NCBI GenBank assembly: GCA_038279365.1
Contig: JAYODI010000049.1
Coordinates: 9,532 to 43,731 of the forward strand
Source: Candidatus Latescibacterota bacterium
GTDB taxonomy: Bacteria; Latescibacterota; UBA2968
DNA: 34,200 nucleotides
Direction of reading: 5' to 3'
Below the pieces are notes generated by a model. It did not search any database, was not told the origin of the DNA, and saw only the letters and a list, made by a program, of their open reading frames with translations. A program made the position numbers and the translations under genes. This document shows positions 1 to 9,110 of the stretch, piece by piece. Numbering within the stretch: position 1 is the stretch's first letter; every line of letters starts with the position of its first letter.

Positions 1-651
1 GACCACGAAAGTGAAGAGCACGATCACGACCACGATCATGAAACAGAAGAAGAGGAAGTCACGTTTCGCGTGGTTGTTAAGTCGGTGCAAAAACGCACCT
101 TGCCAGCTTTGGACGATGAGTTGGCCAAAGATGTGGGTGATTTTGAAACGTTGGAAGATCTTAAGAAGCGTATTCGCGAAGATATGCAGGCCCAATCCGA
201 TCAAGCGGCACGCCGGCGTGTGGAAGAAAATATTATTGATGCGTTGCTTGAAAAGAACACATTTGAAGTGCCTGACAGCATGGTTGAAACGTATTTGGAT
301 GGTGCTGTTGAATCTTACAAACGCGAGCACCAAGGTCACAATCACCCCATTGATGAAGATGCCATTCGTGCCGATGGGCGTGAGCATGCCATTCGGGGTG
401 TGAAGCGTTATTTGTTGCTTGATGCCATTGCCAGTCAAGAAAACATCGAAGTGACAAAAGAAGATTTAGACAAACATTTGGAAACGATGTCTGCACGGCA
501 CAACATTGAAGGCCCGCGCCTTCGAGAAATTTTGGGTCGTTCTGGGCAACTTGATCAGATACAATCCGATTTGAAGGTTGAAAAGACGTTTGATTTTCTG
601 ATTGAGAAGGCCAAGATCAAAGATGTTGAGGAAGTTGTCGAAGCATCCTAA
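1..651 (+). CDS. tig: Trigger factor (5' truncated by window edge; end of FKBP domain plus C-terminal domain)
   Basis: Frame is open from base 1 (DHESEEHDHDHDHETEEEEVTFRVVVKSVQKRTLPALDDELAKDVGDFETLEDLKKRIRE...). LPALDDELAK, FEVPDSMVE and LLLDAIASQENIEVT are trigger-factor motifs. It lies directly upstream of clpP-clpX. Confidence 0.95.
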   Translation, partial: DHESEEHDHDHDHETEEEEVTFRVVVKSVQKRTLPALDDELAKDVGDFETLEDLKKRIREDMQAQSDQAARRRVEENIIDALLEKNTFEVPDSMVETYLDGAVESYKREHQGHNHPIDEDAIRADGREHAIRGVKRYLLLDAIASQENIEVTKEDLDKHLETMSARHNIEGPRLREILGRSGQLDQIQSDLKVEKTFDFLIEKAKIKDVEEVVEAS

Positions 652-731
652 TCACGTCTTGGTCTTTGATCATCTTAATAGACGATAAATTTTGAACTTT
701 AAACGAATCTTAATAAGAGAAAACAATTCTT

Positions 732-1325
732 ATGGCTTTAGTTCCTACCGTATTAGAACAAACCGGGCGTGGTGAACGCGCCTATGATATTTTTTCACGG
801 TTGTTGCGTGACAATATCATTTTTATTGGCACGCCCATTAATGATACCATTGCCAATTTGGTGATTGCGCAGATGTTATTTTGTACATCTGAAACACCTG
901 AAAAACCGATACGGCTCTATATCAATTCACCTGGTGGCAGCATTACGGCTGGTTTGGCCATTTATGATACGATGCAATATGTGCCCAATGATATTGAGAC
1001 GGTTTGTGTGGGCCAGGCGTTTTCAATGGGTGCGGTGTTGTTGGCTGGAGGAACAAAAGGACAGCGTCGTGCATTGCCCAATTCGCGCATTTTGCTTCAC
1101 CAACCCATCGGTGGTGCAGGTGGGCAAGCTTCAGACATTGAGCGTCATGCCGAAGAAATTTTGCAATACCGAGATCGGCTTAACAGAATTTTGGCCGAAT
1201 GCACAGGGCAACCTCAAGAGCGTATTGCCAAAGATGCCGATCGTGACTTTTTTATGTCGGCTGATGAAGCGCAAGATTATGGTTTGATTGATGAAGTTCT
1301 CCAGCCCACTCTCAAAGATGAATAA
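732..1325 (+). CDS. clpP: ATP-dependent Clp protease proteolytic subunit
   Basis: [19 protein letters not shown], catalytic Ser in AFSMG, His in LLHQP, Asp in DRDFFMSA. Confidence 0.98.
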   Translation: MALVPTVLEQTGRGERAYDIFSRLLRDNIIFIGTPINDTIANLVIAQMLFCTSETPEKPIRLYINSPGGSITAGLAIYDTMQYVPNDIETVCVGQAFSMGAVLLAGGTKGQRRALPNSRILLHQPIGGAGGQASDIERHAEEILQYRDRLNRILAECTGQPQERIAKDADRDFFMSADEAQDYGLIDEVLQPTLKDE

Positions 1326-1340
1326 TCTCGGATTTCGCGT

Positions 1341-2597
1341 ATGAAACGAAGAACTTCCCGCACAGATGTTCGCTGCTCTTTTTGTGGCAAAAGCGCCGAC
1401 CAAGTCGATAAAATTGTGACGGGGCCAGGTGTCAATATTTGCAGTGAGTGTATCAAGCTGTGCAATGAAGTGCTCAAAGAAGACGATCTTAAAAAGCCCG
1501 TTACTCTGCACAAAGATTTGCCCAAGCCCGCAGAGATCAAAACGCGGTTGGATGACTATGTGATTGGTCAAGAGCGTGCCAAGCGCACGCTGTCGGTTGC
1601 TGTTTACAATCATTATAAGCGCATCCGCTCCAATGAGGTCAGTGATGATATTGAGCTTGATAAAAGCAATATTTTGCTCATTGGCCCGACTGGAACAGGC
1701 AAAACGGAACTGGCGCGTACGCTTGCGCGTATTTTGCAAGTGCCGTTTTCCATTGCCGATGCCACGATCTTAACCGAAGCCGGTTATGTGGGTGAAGATG
1801 TTGAAAACATTTTGGTGCGTTTGCTCCAAGCGGCCGATTATGATGTGGCCCGTGCCGAAATGGGCATTTTGTATTTGGATGAGATCGACAAAATTTCTCG
1901 CAAATCTGCCAACCCATCCATTACCCGTGATGTGTCGGGTGAGGGTGTGCAACAAGCCTTGTTGAAGATTTTGGAAGGCACCGTTGCCAGCATTCCACCC
2001 AAGGGTGGGCGCAAGCATCCTGAACAACCTTTGATCCAGTTGAATACAAAGAACATTTTGTTTATCTGTGGGGGTGCATTTGGTGGTTTGGAAAATATCA
2101 TCAGTGCCCGCATTGGCAAAAAGACCATTGGTTTTGGGTCTGATGCGTCGGCTGTTAGAGATGAGAATGTGGGCGAAATTTTCCAACATGCCGAACCTGA
2201 AGATTTGACAAAATATGGTTTGATTCCCGAGCTTGTGGGGCGTATGCCAGTGGTAAGTGCACTCAATGAGTTGGATGAAGAAACCCTGTTGCGCATTTTG
2301 ACCGAGCCAAAAGATGCGGTGATCAAGCAATATCAAAAGTTGTTCGAGCTTGATGGGGTCGATTTAACATTTGAAGAGGCTGCCCTGCGCGAAATTGTGT
2401 TGGTGACCATGTCTAAGGGAACAGGTGCACGCGGTCTGCGTTCTGTGCTTGAGTCTTTTATGGTCGATTTGATGTTTGATATTCCATCTAATTCAGATAT
2501 CAAAGAAGTGACCATCACACGCGAAATGGTGCGCAATCACAAGCCGCCTCGCATGGAAGTACACGAAGTTGAAGAAGAAAATAAAAAACGGGCGTAA
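1341..2597 (+). CDS. clpX: ATP-dependent Clp protease ATP-binding subunit ClpX
   Basis: C4 zinc finger (CSFC...CSEC), Walker [13 protein letters not shown] pore loop, YLDEIDK, RKHP, IGF loop, GARGLR. Confidence 0.98.
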   Translation: MKRRTSRTDVRCSFCGKSADQVDKIVTGPGVNICSECIKLCNEVLKEDDLKKPVTLHKDLPKPAEIKTRLDDYVIGQERAKRTLSVAVYNHYKRIRSNEVSDDIELDKSNILLIGPTGTGKTELARTLARILQVPFSIADATILTEAGYVGEDVENILVRLLQAADYDVARAEMGILYLDEIDKISRKSANPSITRDVSGEGVQQALLKILEGTVASIPPKGGRKHPEQPLIQLNTKNILFICGGAFGGLENIISARIGKKTIGFGSDASAVRDENVGEIFQHAEPEDLTKYGLIPELVGRMPVVSALNELDEETLLRILTEPKDAVIKQYQKLFELDGVDLTFEEAALREIVLVTMSKGTGARGLRSVLESFMVDLMFDIPSNSDIKEVTITREMVRNHKPPRMEVHEVEEENKKRA

Positions 2598-2620
2598 GTT
2601 GTTTTCCCTCATGTTTTTGG

Positions 2621-2656
2621 GAACCGGGGTTGCTCATTGAACCCCGGTTTTCGTTT
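2621..2656 (+). terminator. Intrinsic terminator after clpX
   Basis: Stem aaccggggtt (2622-2631) / aaccccggtt (2640-2649), followed by a T-rich tail. Confidence 0.75.
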
Positions 2657-2785
2657 GTCTGAAAGGGCGTTCAGCAATAAGCGATTGGCGCGTAACCCTT
2701 TCACATTTTTTGAAAATGTGTGAAATAGTTTCCATTTGATGTGAAGGGCAAGTGCCTAACAGCGAACTGTTGATTGTTATGGATT

Positions 2786-3373
2786 ATGAATCTTCGTTCT
2801 GCTGCATTTTTTACGAGTGTTGGTTTTCTCTCACAGTTGCCAACCGATGGAAAATCAGAAATTGCTTTTGCTGGGCGATCCAATGTGGGCAAGTCGTCGT
2901 TGATGAACCGATTGCTTAATCGCAAAAAATTGGTTAAAACGAGTGCGACACCTGGTAAAACCCGCACGCTGAATTTTTTTACGATTAATGACGCCTTTTA
3001 TTTGGTCGATTTGCCAGGTTATGGGTATGCCAAACGCAGCCAAACCGAACGCGCGCAGTGGGGGCAGTTGATTGAAGGATATGTGGACAATCGCGAACCG
3101 TTAAAGGGGTTTGTGTTGTTGATTGATATTCGCCATGCACCCACCGAAGACGATTTGAATATGGTCGAGTGGTTAACCAACTCGGGCAAACGATTTATCA
3201 TTGTGGGCACCAAGGCCGATAAGTTGTCGAACAACAAATTGCAATCGAGCGTAGCACGCACAAAAAAGGTGCTGGCTTGGAAGGGTGAGCACAATGTTTT
3301 GCCTTTTTCGGCCGTGACTGGTCGTGGCAAAGATGAACTTTGGCGGTGGATTGAGGAGACGCTTCATGGATGA
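2786..3373 (+). CDS. yihA: Ribosome biogenesis GTP-binding protein YihA/YsxC (EngB)
   Basis: EIAFAGRSNVGKSS, TPGKT, DLPGYGYA, TKADKL, FSA motifs. Usual position after clpX. ATG at 2786 preferred. Confidence 0.96.
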   Translation: MNLRSAAFFTSVGFLSQLPTDGKSEIAFAGRSNVGKSSLMNRLLNRKKLVKTSATPGKTRTLNFFTINDAFYLVDLPGYGYAKRSQTERAQWGQLIEGYVDNREPLKGFVLLIDIRHAPTEDDLNMVEWLTNSGKRFIIVGTKADKLSNNKLQSSVARTKKVLAWKGEHNVLPFSAVTGRGKDELWRWIEETLHG

Positions 3374-4469
3374 GTATCGGGTGGTAAATGCCGATGAAAT
3401 ACCCACACCCGCGTTGTTGGTGTATCGCGAAGCGGTGGCGCATAATATTAAAACGATTGGTGAGATGTTGGGCGGTTATGAACGGTTGCGCCCCCATATT
3501 AAAACACATAAGATGGCGCAAGTGGCCAAAATGGAAATGGCTGCCGGCATTGATAAGTTTAAATGTGCCACACCCAAAGAAGCCGCCATGTTGGCTGCAT
3601 TGGGTGCCACCGATATTTTGATTTCGTATCATATGGTGGGAGCCAATATCGGCCGGGTGGTGGATCTCAAAAAGAGTTATCCACAAGTTGACTTAAAAGT
3701 GATTGCCGATGATGCAAGTAATATCCAAGCCTTATCTGATGCGTGTGTGGCGGCGCATACCACGCTGGGTGTGATGCTCGATTTGAATACGGGCATGGAT
3801 CGCACGGGTGCCCCCGTGGGTGAACCTGCGGTGGTGTTGGCCAAAAAAATTGCTGAAGCACCTGGGCTCACTTTTGAAGGGTTGCATGTCTATGATGGGC
3901 ATGTGGGCAACCCCGATTCTGAAGTGCGCAAAGAGACGGCGCTGGATTCGATTGAGCAGGCAATTGAAACAAAGTGTTTGATTGTTGCGTCTGGTATAGC
4001 GGTGCCTAAGTTGGTGGCCTCTGGGTCGCCTGGGTTTGAGCATACACGCTTTGTGGATGAGGTGGATGAGGTTTCGCCGGGGACCTGGATTTTTTGGGAT
4101 ATTGGTTATGGCGATCAGTTGGTTGATAGCCCATTTAAGTGGGCGGCTTTGGTTTTGTCGCGTGTGATTAGCACAACACAGGAAGATTTGATAACGTTAG
4201 ACGCGGGCAGCAAGTCGATTGCGCCAGATACACAGGTGCCTCATTTTCGGGCATTGGGTTTGCCCGACGGGGTTGAGTTTGTGCGTCGCAATGAAGAACA
4301 TCAGTTGTTGCGTTTGCCAAAAGGCACACCACGCCCCAAGGTGGGCGATGCGTTTTATTTGGTACCACGCCATGTGTGTACCACCGTGAATTTGTGGGAT
4401 GAGGTGTGTGTGATTGACGAACACGGTCAGTTTGTAGAAACGTGGGCAGTAGATGCCAGAGGGCATTGA
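3366..4469 (+). CDS. DSD1 / D-threonine aldolase family PLP-dependent enzyme (alanine-racemase fold)
   Basis: TPALLV, RPHIKTHK (PLP Lys), GLHVYDGH, NEEH and HVC metal-site motifs. GAGGAG RBS before ATG 3366, which overlaps the end of yihA. Confidence 0.88.
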   Translation: MDEYRVVNADEIPTPALLVYREAVAHNIKTIGEMLGGYERLRPHIKTHKMAQVAKMEMAAGIDKFKCATPKEAAMLAALGATDILISYHMVGANIGRVVDLKKSYPQVDLKVIADDASNIQALSDACVAAHTTLGVMLDLNTGMDRTGAPVGEPAVVLAKKIAEAPGLTFEGLHVYDGHVGNPDSEVRKETALDSIEQAIETKCLIVASGIAVPKLVASGSPGFEHTRFVDEVDEVSPGTWIFWDIGYGDQLVDSPFKWAALVLSRVISTTQEDLITLDAGSKSIAPDTQVPHFRALGLPDGVEFVRRNEEHQLLRLPKGTPRPKVGDAFYLVPRHVCTTVNLWDEVCVIDEHGQFVETWAVDARGH

Positions 4470-4472
4470 TCT

Positions 4473-4544
4473 GTAGGGGCACGGTCCCCGTGCCCTGTCT
4501 TTCATCAAGTGATCCATTCAGGGGCGCGAGAACTGCGCCTTGCG
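4473..4544. repeat. GTAG-type REP doublet (REPIN-like), copy 1
   Basis: gtaggggcacggtccccgtgccc (GTAG plus hairpin), a spacer, then a degenerate inverted REP ggggcgcgagaactgcgccttgc. 4473-4513 matches 11328-11368 at 39/41 nt. Confidence 0.75.
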
Positions 4545-4556
4545 CCGAAAGAATCT

Positions 4557-5690
4557 ATGAAATCGCGTTTGTTTGCACCGGGGCCTACGCCCATTCCCGA
4601 AGAAGTTCAAGTGGCCATGTCTGCGCCGTTGGTGTATCATCGGGGCAGCGATTTCCCCGATTTTATTCGGGATGTGGTGGCCAAGTTGAAGCCCGTATTT
4701 CCAACACAAGATGAGGTGTTGCTGTTGGCGTCGTCGGGTTCGGGTGCAATGGAAGCGGCGGTGGTGAATACGCTGTCGGTGGGTGATCGGGCACTGGTGA
4801 TTCAGGCGGGGCAATTTGGGGCCAAGTGGACGGCCATTTGCCAAGCTTATGGTGTGGATGTGGATGTGATGGATTTGCCGTGGGGCTCGGCGGTAGATGT
4901 TGCGCAAGTGGCACAGCGGTTAAAGGCACACCCTGAAACGCGGGTGGTGTTTGCCACACAAAGTGAAACATCGACAGGGGTGTTACACGATATTGAAGCG
5001 TTGGGTCGTGTGGTGGGTGAAACCGATGCTTTGTTGGTGGTAGATGGTGTGTCGAGTGTGGTGGCGCATCCGTTGCGAACAAATGATTGGGGTGTCGACA
5101 TTGCGGTGACAGCATCGCAAAAGGGGTTGGGTGTGCCTCCAGGTGTGGCGGTGGTGAGTGTGAGTGAACGGGCTTGGGATGTGATGGAACTGTCGAAGTT
5201 ACCCAAGTTTTATTTTGATTTAAAAACCTATCGCACGTCATTTGCAGAAGGGCGTGGGCCTGCCACGTTGCCCATGACGCTCATGGCTGGCATGCGTGCG
5301 GCGTTGGATTTGATTGCGGATGAAGGTATTGAAAATGTGTGGGCGCGTCATGCGCGTCATTCCGAAGCCGTTCGGCAAGCGACGGTGGCGTTGGGTTTGT
5401 CTGTGTTTCCCGATTGTCCGTCAAATGTGTTGACGGCCATTGCTTTGCCGGATGGTGTGGATGGGTTGGCGATTATGGCCGATTTAAAATCGCGTTTTGG
5501 CATTACGGTGGGCGGTGGGTTGGCACATTTGCGTGGGCGTTTGATTCGCATTTCAAATTTGGGTTTTGTCGATGATTTGGATATTTTGACGGTGGTGTCC
5601 GCATTTGAAATGAGTTTGAAAAAAGCCGGTTGGTCGTTTGCGCCGGGGGTTGGGGTTGTGGCGGTTGAGAATGTGTTGGGGAAATCGTAA
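4557..5690 (+). CDS. Class V PLP aminotransferase (alanine-glyoxylate/serine-pyruvate family; probable phosphoserine aminotransferase)
   Basis: LFAPGPTP, HR, SGSGAMEA, SETSTG, VDGVSS, ASQKGLGVPPG, IRISNLG. Directly upstream of serA. Confidence 0.88.
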   Translation: MKSRLFAPGPTPIPEEVQVAMSAPLVYHRGSDFPDFIRDVVAKLKPVFPTQDEVLLLASSGSGAMEAAVVNTLSVGDRALVIQAGQFGAKWTAICQAYGVDVDVMDLPWGSAVDVAQVAQRLKAHPETRVVFATQSETSTGVLHDIEALGRVVGETDALLVVDGVSSVVAHPLRTNDWGVDIAVTASQKGLGVPPGVAVVSVSERAWDVMELSKLPKFYFDLKTYRTSFAEGRGPATLPMTLMAGMRAALDLIADEGIENVWARHARHSEAVRQATVALGLSVFPDCPSNVLTAIALPDGVDGLAIMADLKSRFGITVGGGLAHLRGRLIRISNLGFVDDLDILTVVSAFEMSLKKAGWSFAPGVGVVAVENVLGKS

Positions 5691-5693
5691 GAT

Positions 5694-5728
5694 GGCAAAT
5701 GGCAGACGGCAAACGGCAGACGGCAAAC
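5694..5728 (+). repeat. Heptamer tandem repeat (GGCARAY)x5
   Basis: ggcaaat ggcagac ggcaaac ggcagac ggcaaac. Confidence 0.9.
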
Positions 5729-5778
5729 GAATCAACCGTGTGATTTGATTGCGTGATAGATTTGGTTTTTGTTTTACC

Positions 5779-5886
5779 GATTTTAAAGATTTCACCTTTG
5801 CCGTTTCACGTTTGGCATTTCACAGATCCTAAAGATTTCACCTTTGCCGTTTCACATTTGGCATTTCACAGATTTTAAAGATTTCA
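5779..5886 (+). repeat. 46-bp tandem direct repeat (2.3 copies) built from heptamers complementary to the 5694 array
   Basis: Units start at 5779, 5825 and 5871 (gattttaaagatttcacctttgccgtttcacgtttggcatttcaca). Internal heptamers are tttgccg, tttcacg and tttggca. Confidence 0.9.
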
Positions 5887-5928
5887 AATTTCACTGTTTT
5901 TTCATTTTTCTAATTGTGGTTGGTACAT

Positions 5929-7512
5929 ATGAAAGTTTTAATTGCAGATTCGTTGGCCGATGGTTGGCAAGATGTGTTTCAAACGGTGCCCGATATTCAG
6001 GTGGATGTAAAGACGGGTTTGTCTGAAGATGATTTGTGTGGCATCATTGGTGAGTATGCGGGTTTGATTGTGCGCAGTGCCACCAAGGTGACCCAGCGCG
6101 TGATTGAAGCGGGTCACAATCTCAAAGCCATTGGTCGGGCCGGTGCAGGTGTTGATAACATTGATTTGGATGCGGCCACGGCGCGTGGCATTGTGGTGAT
6201 GAATGCACCCGGTGGCAATACCATTTCTACGGCTGAGCACGCCATGGCCATGTTGTTGTCTTTGTCGCGCAATATTCCACAGGCCACAGCATCTATGAAA
6301 GCAGGCGAGTGGGAGCGCAAAAAGTATACGGGTGTGGAGCTCGATGGCAAAACATTGGGTATTGTTGGTGCAGCAGGTCGCGTGGGTCAACAAGTGGCAC
6401 GCAGAGCGCGGGCATTTGGCATGCGCATTTTGGGTGCCGATCCGTTTTTGTCCGATGATTTGGCACGCCAGCTTCATATCAAACCAGTGACCTATGACGA
6501 GCTGTTTGCTCAGGCCGATTATATTACCTTGCACACGGTGTTGACCGATCAAACACATCATTTGATTTCTAAAGAGGCATTGGATAATTGTAAAAAAAGT
6601 GTGCGCATTATCAACTGTGCACGTGGTGAGTTGATCGATGAAGACGCATTGTTAGAGGCCATTGAATCGGGCAAGGTGGCGGGTGCGGCCTTAGATGTGT
6701 TTCAGGAAGAGCCGCCACGCAAGGACCATCCTTTGGTGAACAGACCCGAAGTGATTTGTACACCGCATCAAGGGGCGTCTACTTTTGAGGCACAAGAAAA
6801 AGTGGCGCGTCAAATTGCAGGTGACTTGCGCGATGCGCTGCTGGGCAAACCCGTTGCAAGTGCATTAAATTTGCCGCCGATCAATGCCGAATACTTTGAT
6901 GCGGTAAGCCCATATCTTTTGTTGGCCGAACGTGTTGGATCTTTACAGGCGCAGTTGATGGGTGGCAATTTGCATCGCATTCACAACCGTTATCAGGGTG
7001 TGATTCAAGAATATGCCACAGCGCCTTTAACGGCAGCAGTTTTAAAGGGTGTTTTTGGGCATTTGTCCAATGAGCCAGTGACATTGGTGAATGCACTTTT
7101 GCATGCCAAAAACAGACACATTGATGTAGAAGAGTCAAAGACCAGTCATGAAGATTATAATAATTTGGTGACGGTTGATGTGGAAACCTCACAAGAAAAC
7201 ACATCCATTTCTGCAACGGTTTTGGGGCGCAATGACCCCCGTTTAATTCGCATTGACGATGTGGAAGTCAAAGCCAAGTTAGAAGGGCACATGCTGTTTT
7301 TGGGCAATCAAGATGTGCCGGGTGTGGTGGGGCATATGGGTAATTTGTTGGCCGAAGAAGGGATCAATATTGCCGACATGGCTTTGGGCCGCAAGGCACA
7401 AGGTGGTGATGCCATTATGGTGTTTAATATTGATGCACCTGTGTCGGAGGCCATATTGAAAAAGATTTTGTCAAAAGATTTCGTTCATTGGGTTAAGCAG
7501 GTCAAACTGTAA
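5929..7512 (+). CDS. serA: D-3-phosphoglycerate dehydrogenase (long type, with ASB and ACT domains)
   Basis: LIVRSATKVT, GRAGAGVDNID, NAPGGNTISTAEH, INCARGELID, AALDVFQEEP, TPHQGAST, and a C-terminal ACT domain (DVPGVVG...INIADM). Confidence 0.96.
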   Translation: MKVLIADSLADGWQDVFQTVPDIQVDVKTGLSEDDLCGIIGEYAGLIVRSATKVTQRVIEAGHNLKAIGRAGAGVDNIDLDAATARGIVVMNAPGGNTISTAEHAMAMLLSLSRNIPQATASMKAGEWERKKYTGVELDGKTLGIVGAAGRVGQQVARRARAFGMRILGADPFLSDDLARQLHIKPVTYDELFAQADYITLHTVLTDQTHHLISKEALDNCKKSVRIINCARGELIDEDALLEAIESGKVAGAALDVFQEEPPRKDHPLVNRPEVICTPHQGASTFEAQEKVARQIAGDLRDALLGKPVASALNLPPINAEYFDAVSPYLLLAERVGSLQAQLMGGNLHRIHNRYQGVIQEYATAPLTAAVLKGVFGHLSNEPVTLVNALLHAKNRHIDVEESKTSHEDYNNLVTVDVETSQENTSISATVLGRNDPRLIRIDDVEVKAKLEGHMLFLGNQDVPGVVGHMGNLLAEEGINIADMALGRKAQGGDAIMVFNIDAPVSEAILKKILSKDFVHWVKQVKL

Positions 7513-7517
7513 GGCTT

Positions 7518-7585
7518 TTAGCACTCAGCCGTCAGCTATTCAGCTTGTGAAAGTTTTGATCACGCAACGCTGATCGCTGTCTGCT
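7518..7585. repeat. Inverted heptamer-arm element between serA and purA
   Basis: Left arm ttagcac tcagccg tcagcta ttcagct. Central tgtga...tcacg. Right arm gctgatc gctgtct gct. Confidence 0.65.
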
Positions 7586-7601
7586 CAAAAGGAGATTGAA
7601 G

Positions 7602-8882
7602 ATGGCTGTTCGGATCGTTTTAGGGGCGCAATGGGGTGATGAAGGCAAAGCAAAAATTGTCGATTATTTAACGACAGATTCCGATATTGTGGTGCGGTAT
7701 CAAGGAGGTGCCAATGCCGGGCATACCATTAAGGCGGGTGATTTGGAGTTTGTGTTTCACCTGATTCCGGCAGGCATTGTGCATCCTGAAAAAGCGTGTG
7801 TGGTTGGCAATGGTGTGGTGCTCGATCCAACGGCTTTGTTTCAAGAAGTAGATGATTTAGAAAGCAAAGGCATTTCGGTAGAAGGCCGCTTGTTTGTGAG
7901 CGATCGGGCTCATTTGGTGATGCCTTATCACAAACGATTGGAAGAAGCCAACGAAAAGAAGATTGGCGACAATGCCATTGGTACAACATTGCGTGGTATT
8001 GGCCCAACGTATCAAGACAAAATCAACCGCTCCACGGGTATTCGGGTGGGTGATTTGTTAGATGCCGAGTTATTGCCTGAAAAGATCCGCGCCAATGTGC
8101 GTATAAAAAATGAGATTTTGAAACATGTGTACGGTGTGGCAGGTTTGGAAGAAGTGCCATTAATTGAAGAATATATGGCATTGGGTGAACGGTTGACCCC
8201 TTATATTACCGATACCTCAGTTTATTTGAATGACGCCATTGAAGCGGGCAAAAATATTTTGTTTGAAGGATCACAAGGCACGTTGTTGGATATTGATCAT
8301 GGGTCTTATCCTTATGTGACGTCGTCAAATACCACCGCAGGAGGTGCTTGCACGGGTTCGGGCATTGGCCCTACGTGTGTGGATGAGGTGGTAGGTGTGG
8401 TAAAGGCGTATACCACCCGCGTGGGCAATGGGCCATTTCCGACAGAGTTGAATAATGAAATGGGGCAACGCATTCGCGATATTGGCCACGAATATGGAGC
8501 CACCACAGGTCGCCCACGCCGATGTGGGTGGTTGGATGTGGTTATTTTGCGTTTGGCTCGGCGCATTAATGGTTTGTCGAGCATGGCGGTAACGCGGGTT
8601 GATATTTTGGATGAAATAGAAGAGATTAAGATTTGTACGCATTATGTGCGCAATGGCAAACGTGTGGATCATTTTCCGAGTGATTTGAATGTGTTAGCCG
8701 AGTGTGAACCAGTTTATGAAACGATGCCAGGATGGCAAACACCCACAACACATATTCGAGCGTATGGTGATTTGCCCGAAAAAACACGGCGTTATTTGGA
8801 GCGTGTTTCTGAGTTGTCACGCATCCCAATTTCCATTGTTTCTGTGGGACCCGATCGGGAAGAGACAATTGTGGTGGAATAG
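7602..8882 (+). CDS. purA: Adenylosuccinate synthetase
   Basis: GAQWGDEGK, RYQGGANAGHT, IGTTLRGIGP, EGSQGTLLDIDHGSYPYVTSS, GATTGRPRRCGWLD. AGGAG RBS 7 nt before the ATG. Confidence 0.98.
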   Translation: MAVRIVLGAQWGDEGKAKIVDYLTTDSDIVVRYQGGANAGHTIKAGDLEFVFHLIPAGIVHPEKACVVGNGVVLDPTALFQEVDDLESKGISVEGRLFVSDRAHLVMPYHKRLEEANEKKIGDNAIGTTLRGIGPTYQDKINRSTGIRVGDLLDAELLPEKIRANVRIKNEILKHVYGVAGLEEVPLIEEYMALGERLTPYITDTSVYLNDAIEAGKNILFEGSQGTLLDIDHGSYPYVTSSNTTAGGACTGSGIGPTCVDEVVGVVKAYTTRVGNGPFPTELNNEMGQRIRDIGHEYGATTGRPRRCGWLDVVILRLARRINGLSSMAVTRVDILDEIEEIKICTHYVRNGKRVDHFPSDLNVLAECEPVYETMPGWQTPTTHIRAYGDLPEKTRRYLERVSELSRIPISIVSVGPDREETIVVE

Positions 8883-8897
8883 GGTTTTGGATAGCAT

Positions 8898-8940
8898 AAA
8901 AAGGCTTCTGTGGTATTTTCCACTGAGCCTTTTTGATTTT
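8898..8940 (+). terminator. Intrinsic terminator after purA
   Basis: aaaaaggct..gtgg / ccac..agccttttt hairpin followed by gatttt. Confidence 0.65.
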
Positions 8941-8959
8941 AACCATAAGATAATGTATA

Positions 8960-9000
8960 CAAAAAGCCGCCCTGAGTTATAAACTCAGGGCGGCTTTTTG
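8960..9000. terminator. Perfect 19-bp hairpin terminator; can act on either strand, probably ends a - strand transcript
   Basis: caaaaagccgccctgagtt / aactcagggcggctttttg, with A and T tracts on both sides. Confidence 0.8.
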
Positions 9001-9110
9001 CCGTTTCGAAACCGTTGGCTCCGTCCCCGCCGAGGTAGGAGGTTTTCGGTTTTTGCGACAAAAAATAGTTAGGCACATTGAGATGATCAATAAAAGAGGT
9101 GGCCTGACCA
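8960..9110 (-). ncRNA. Candidate structured small RNA with an anti-Shine-Dalgarno loop
   Basis: GC-rich structured block in AT-rich spacer DNA. On the - strand it contains the hairpin ccga-aaacCTCCTacc-tcgg and runs into its own terminator. No ORF. The 5' end is a guess. Confidence 0.35.

Noticed and set aside
1010-1035. ClpP AFSMG instead of AASMG, and no lon after clpX
   Set aside because: The catalytic triad is intact, and tig-clpP-clpX-yihA without lon is a common arrangement.
5779-5886. 46-bp repeats as a CRISPR array
   Set aside because: The units are contiguous with no unique spacers, and there are no cas genes in the window.
6358-6390. SerA Rossmann loop GAAGRVG instead of GxGxxG
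   Set aside because: GxxGxxG is an accepted dinucleotide-binding variant and all other motifs are intact.
9001-9060. Canonical c-di-GMP-I riboswitch on the - strand
   Set aside because: It lacks the GNRA tetraloop, its receptor and the GCAAAGC junction, and no - strand gene lies downstream. Kept only as an unclassified RNA candidate.
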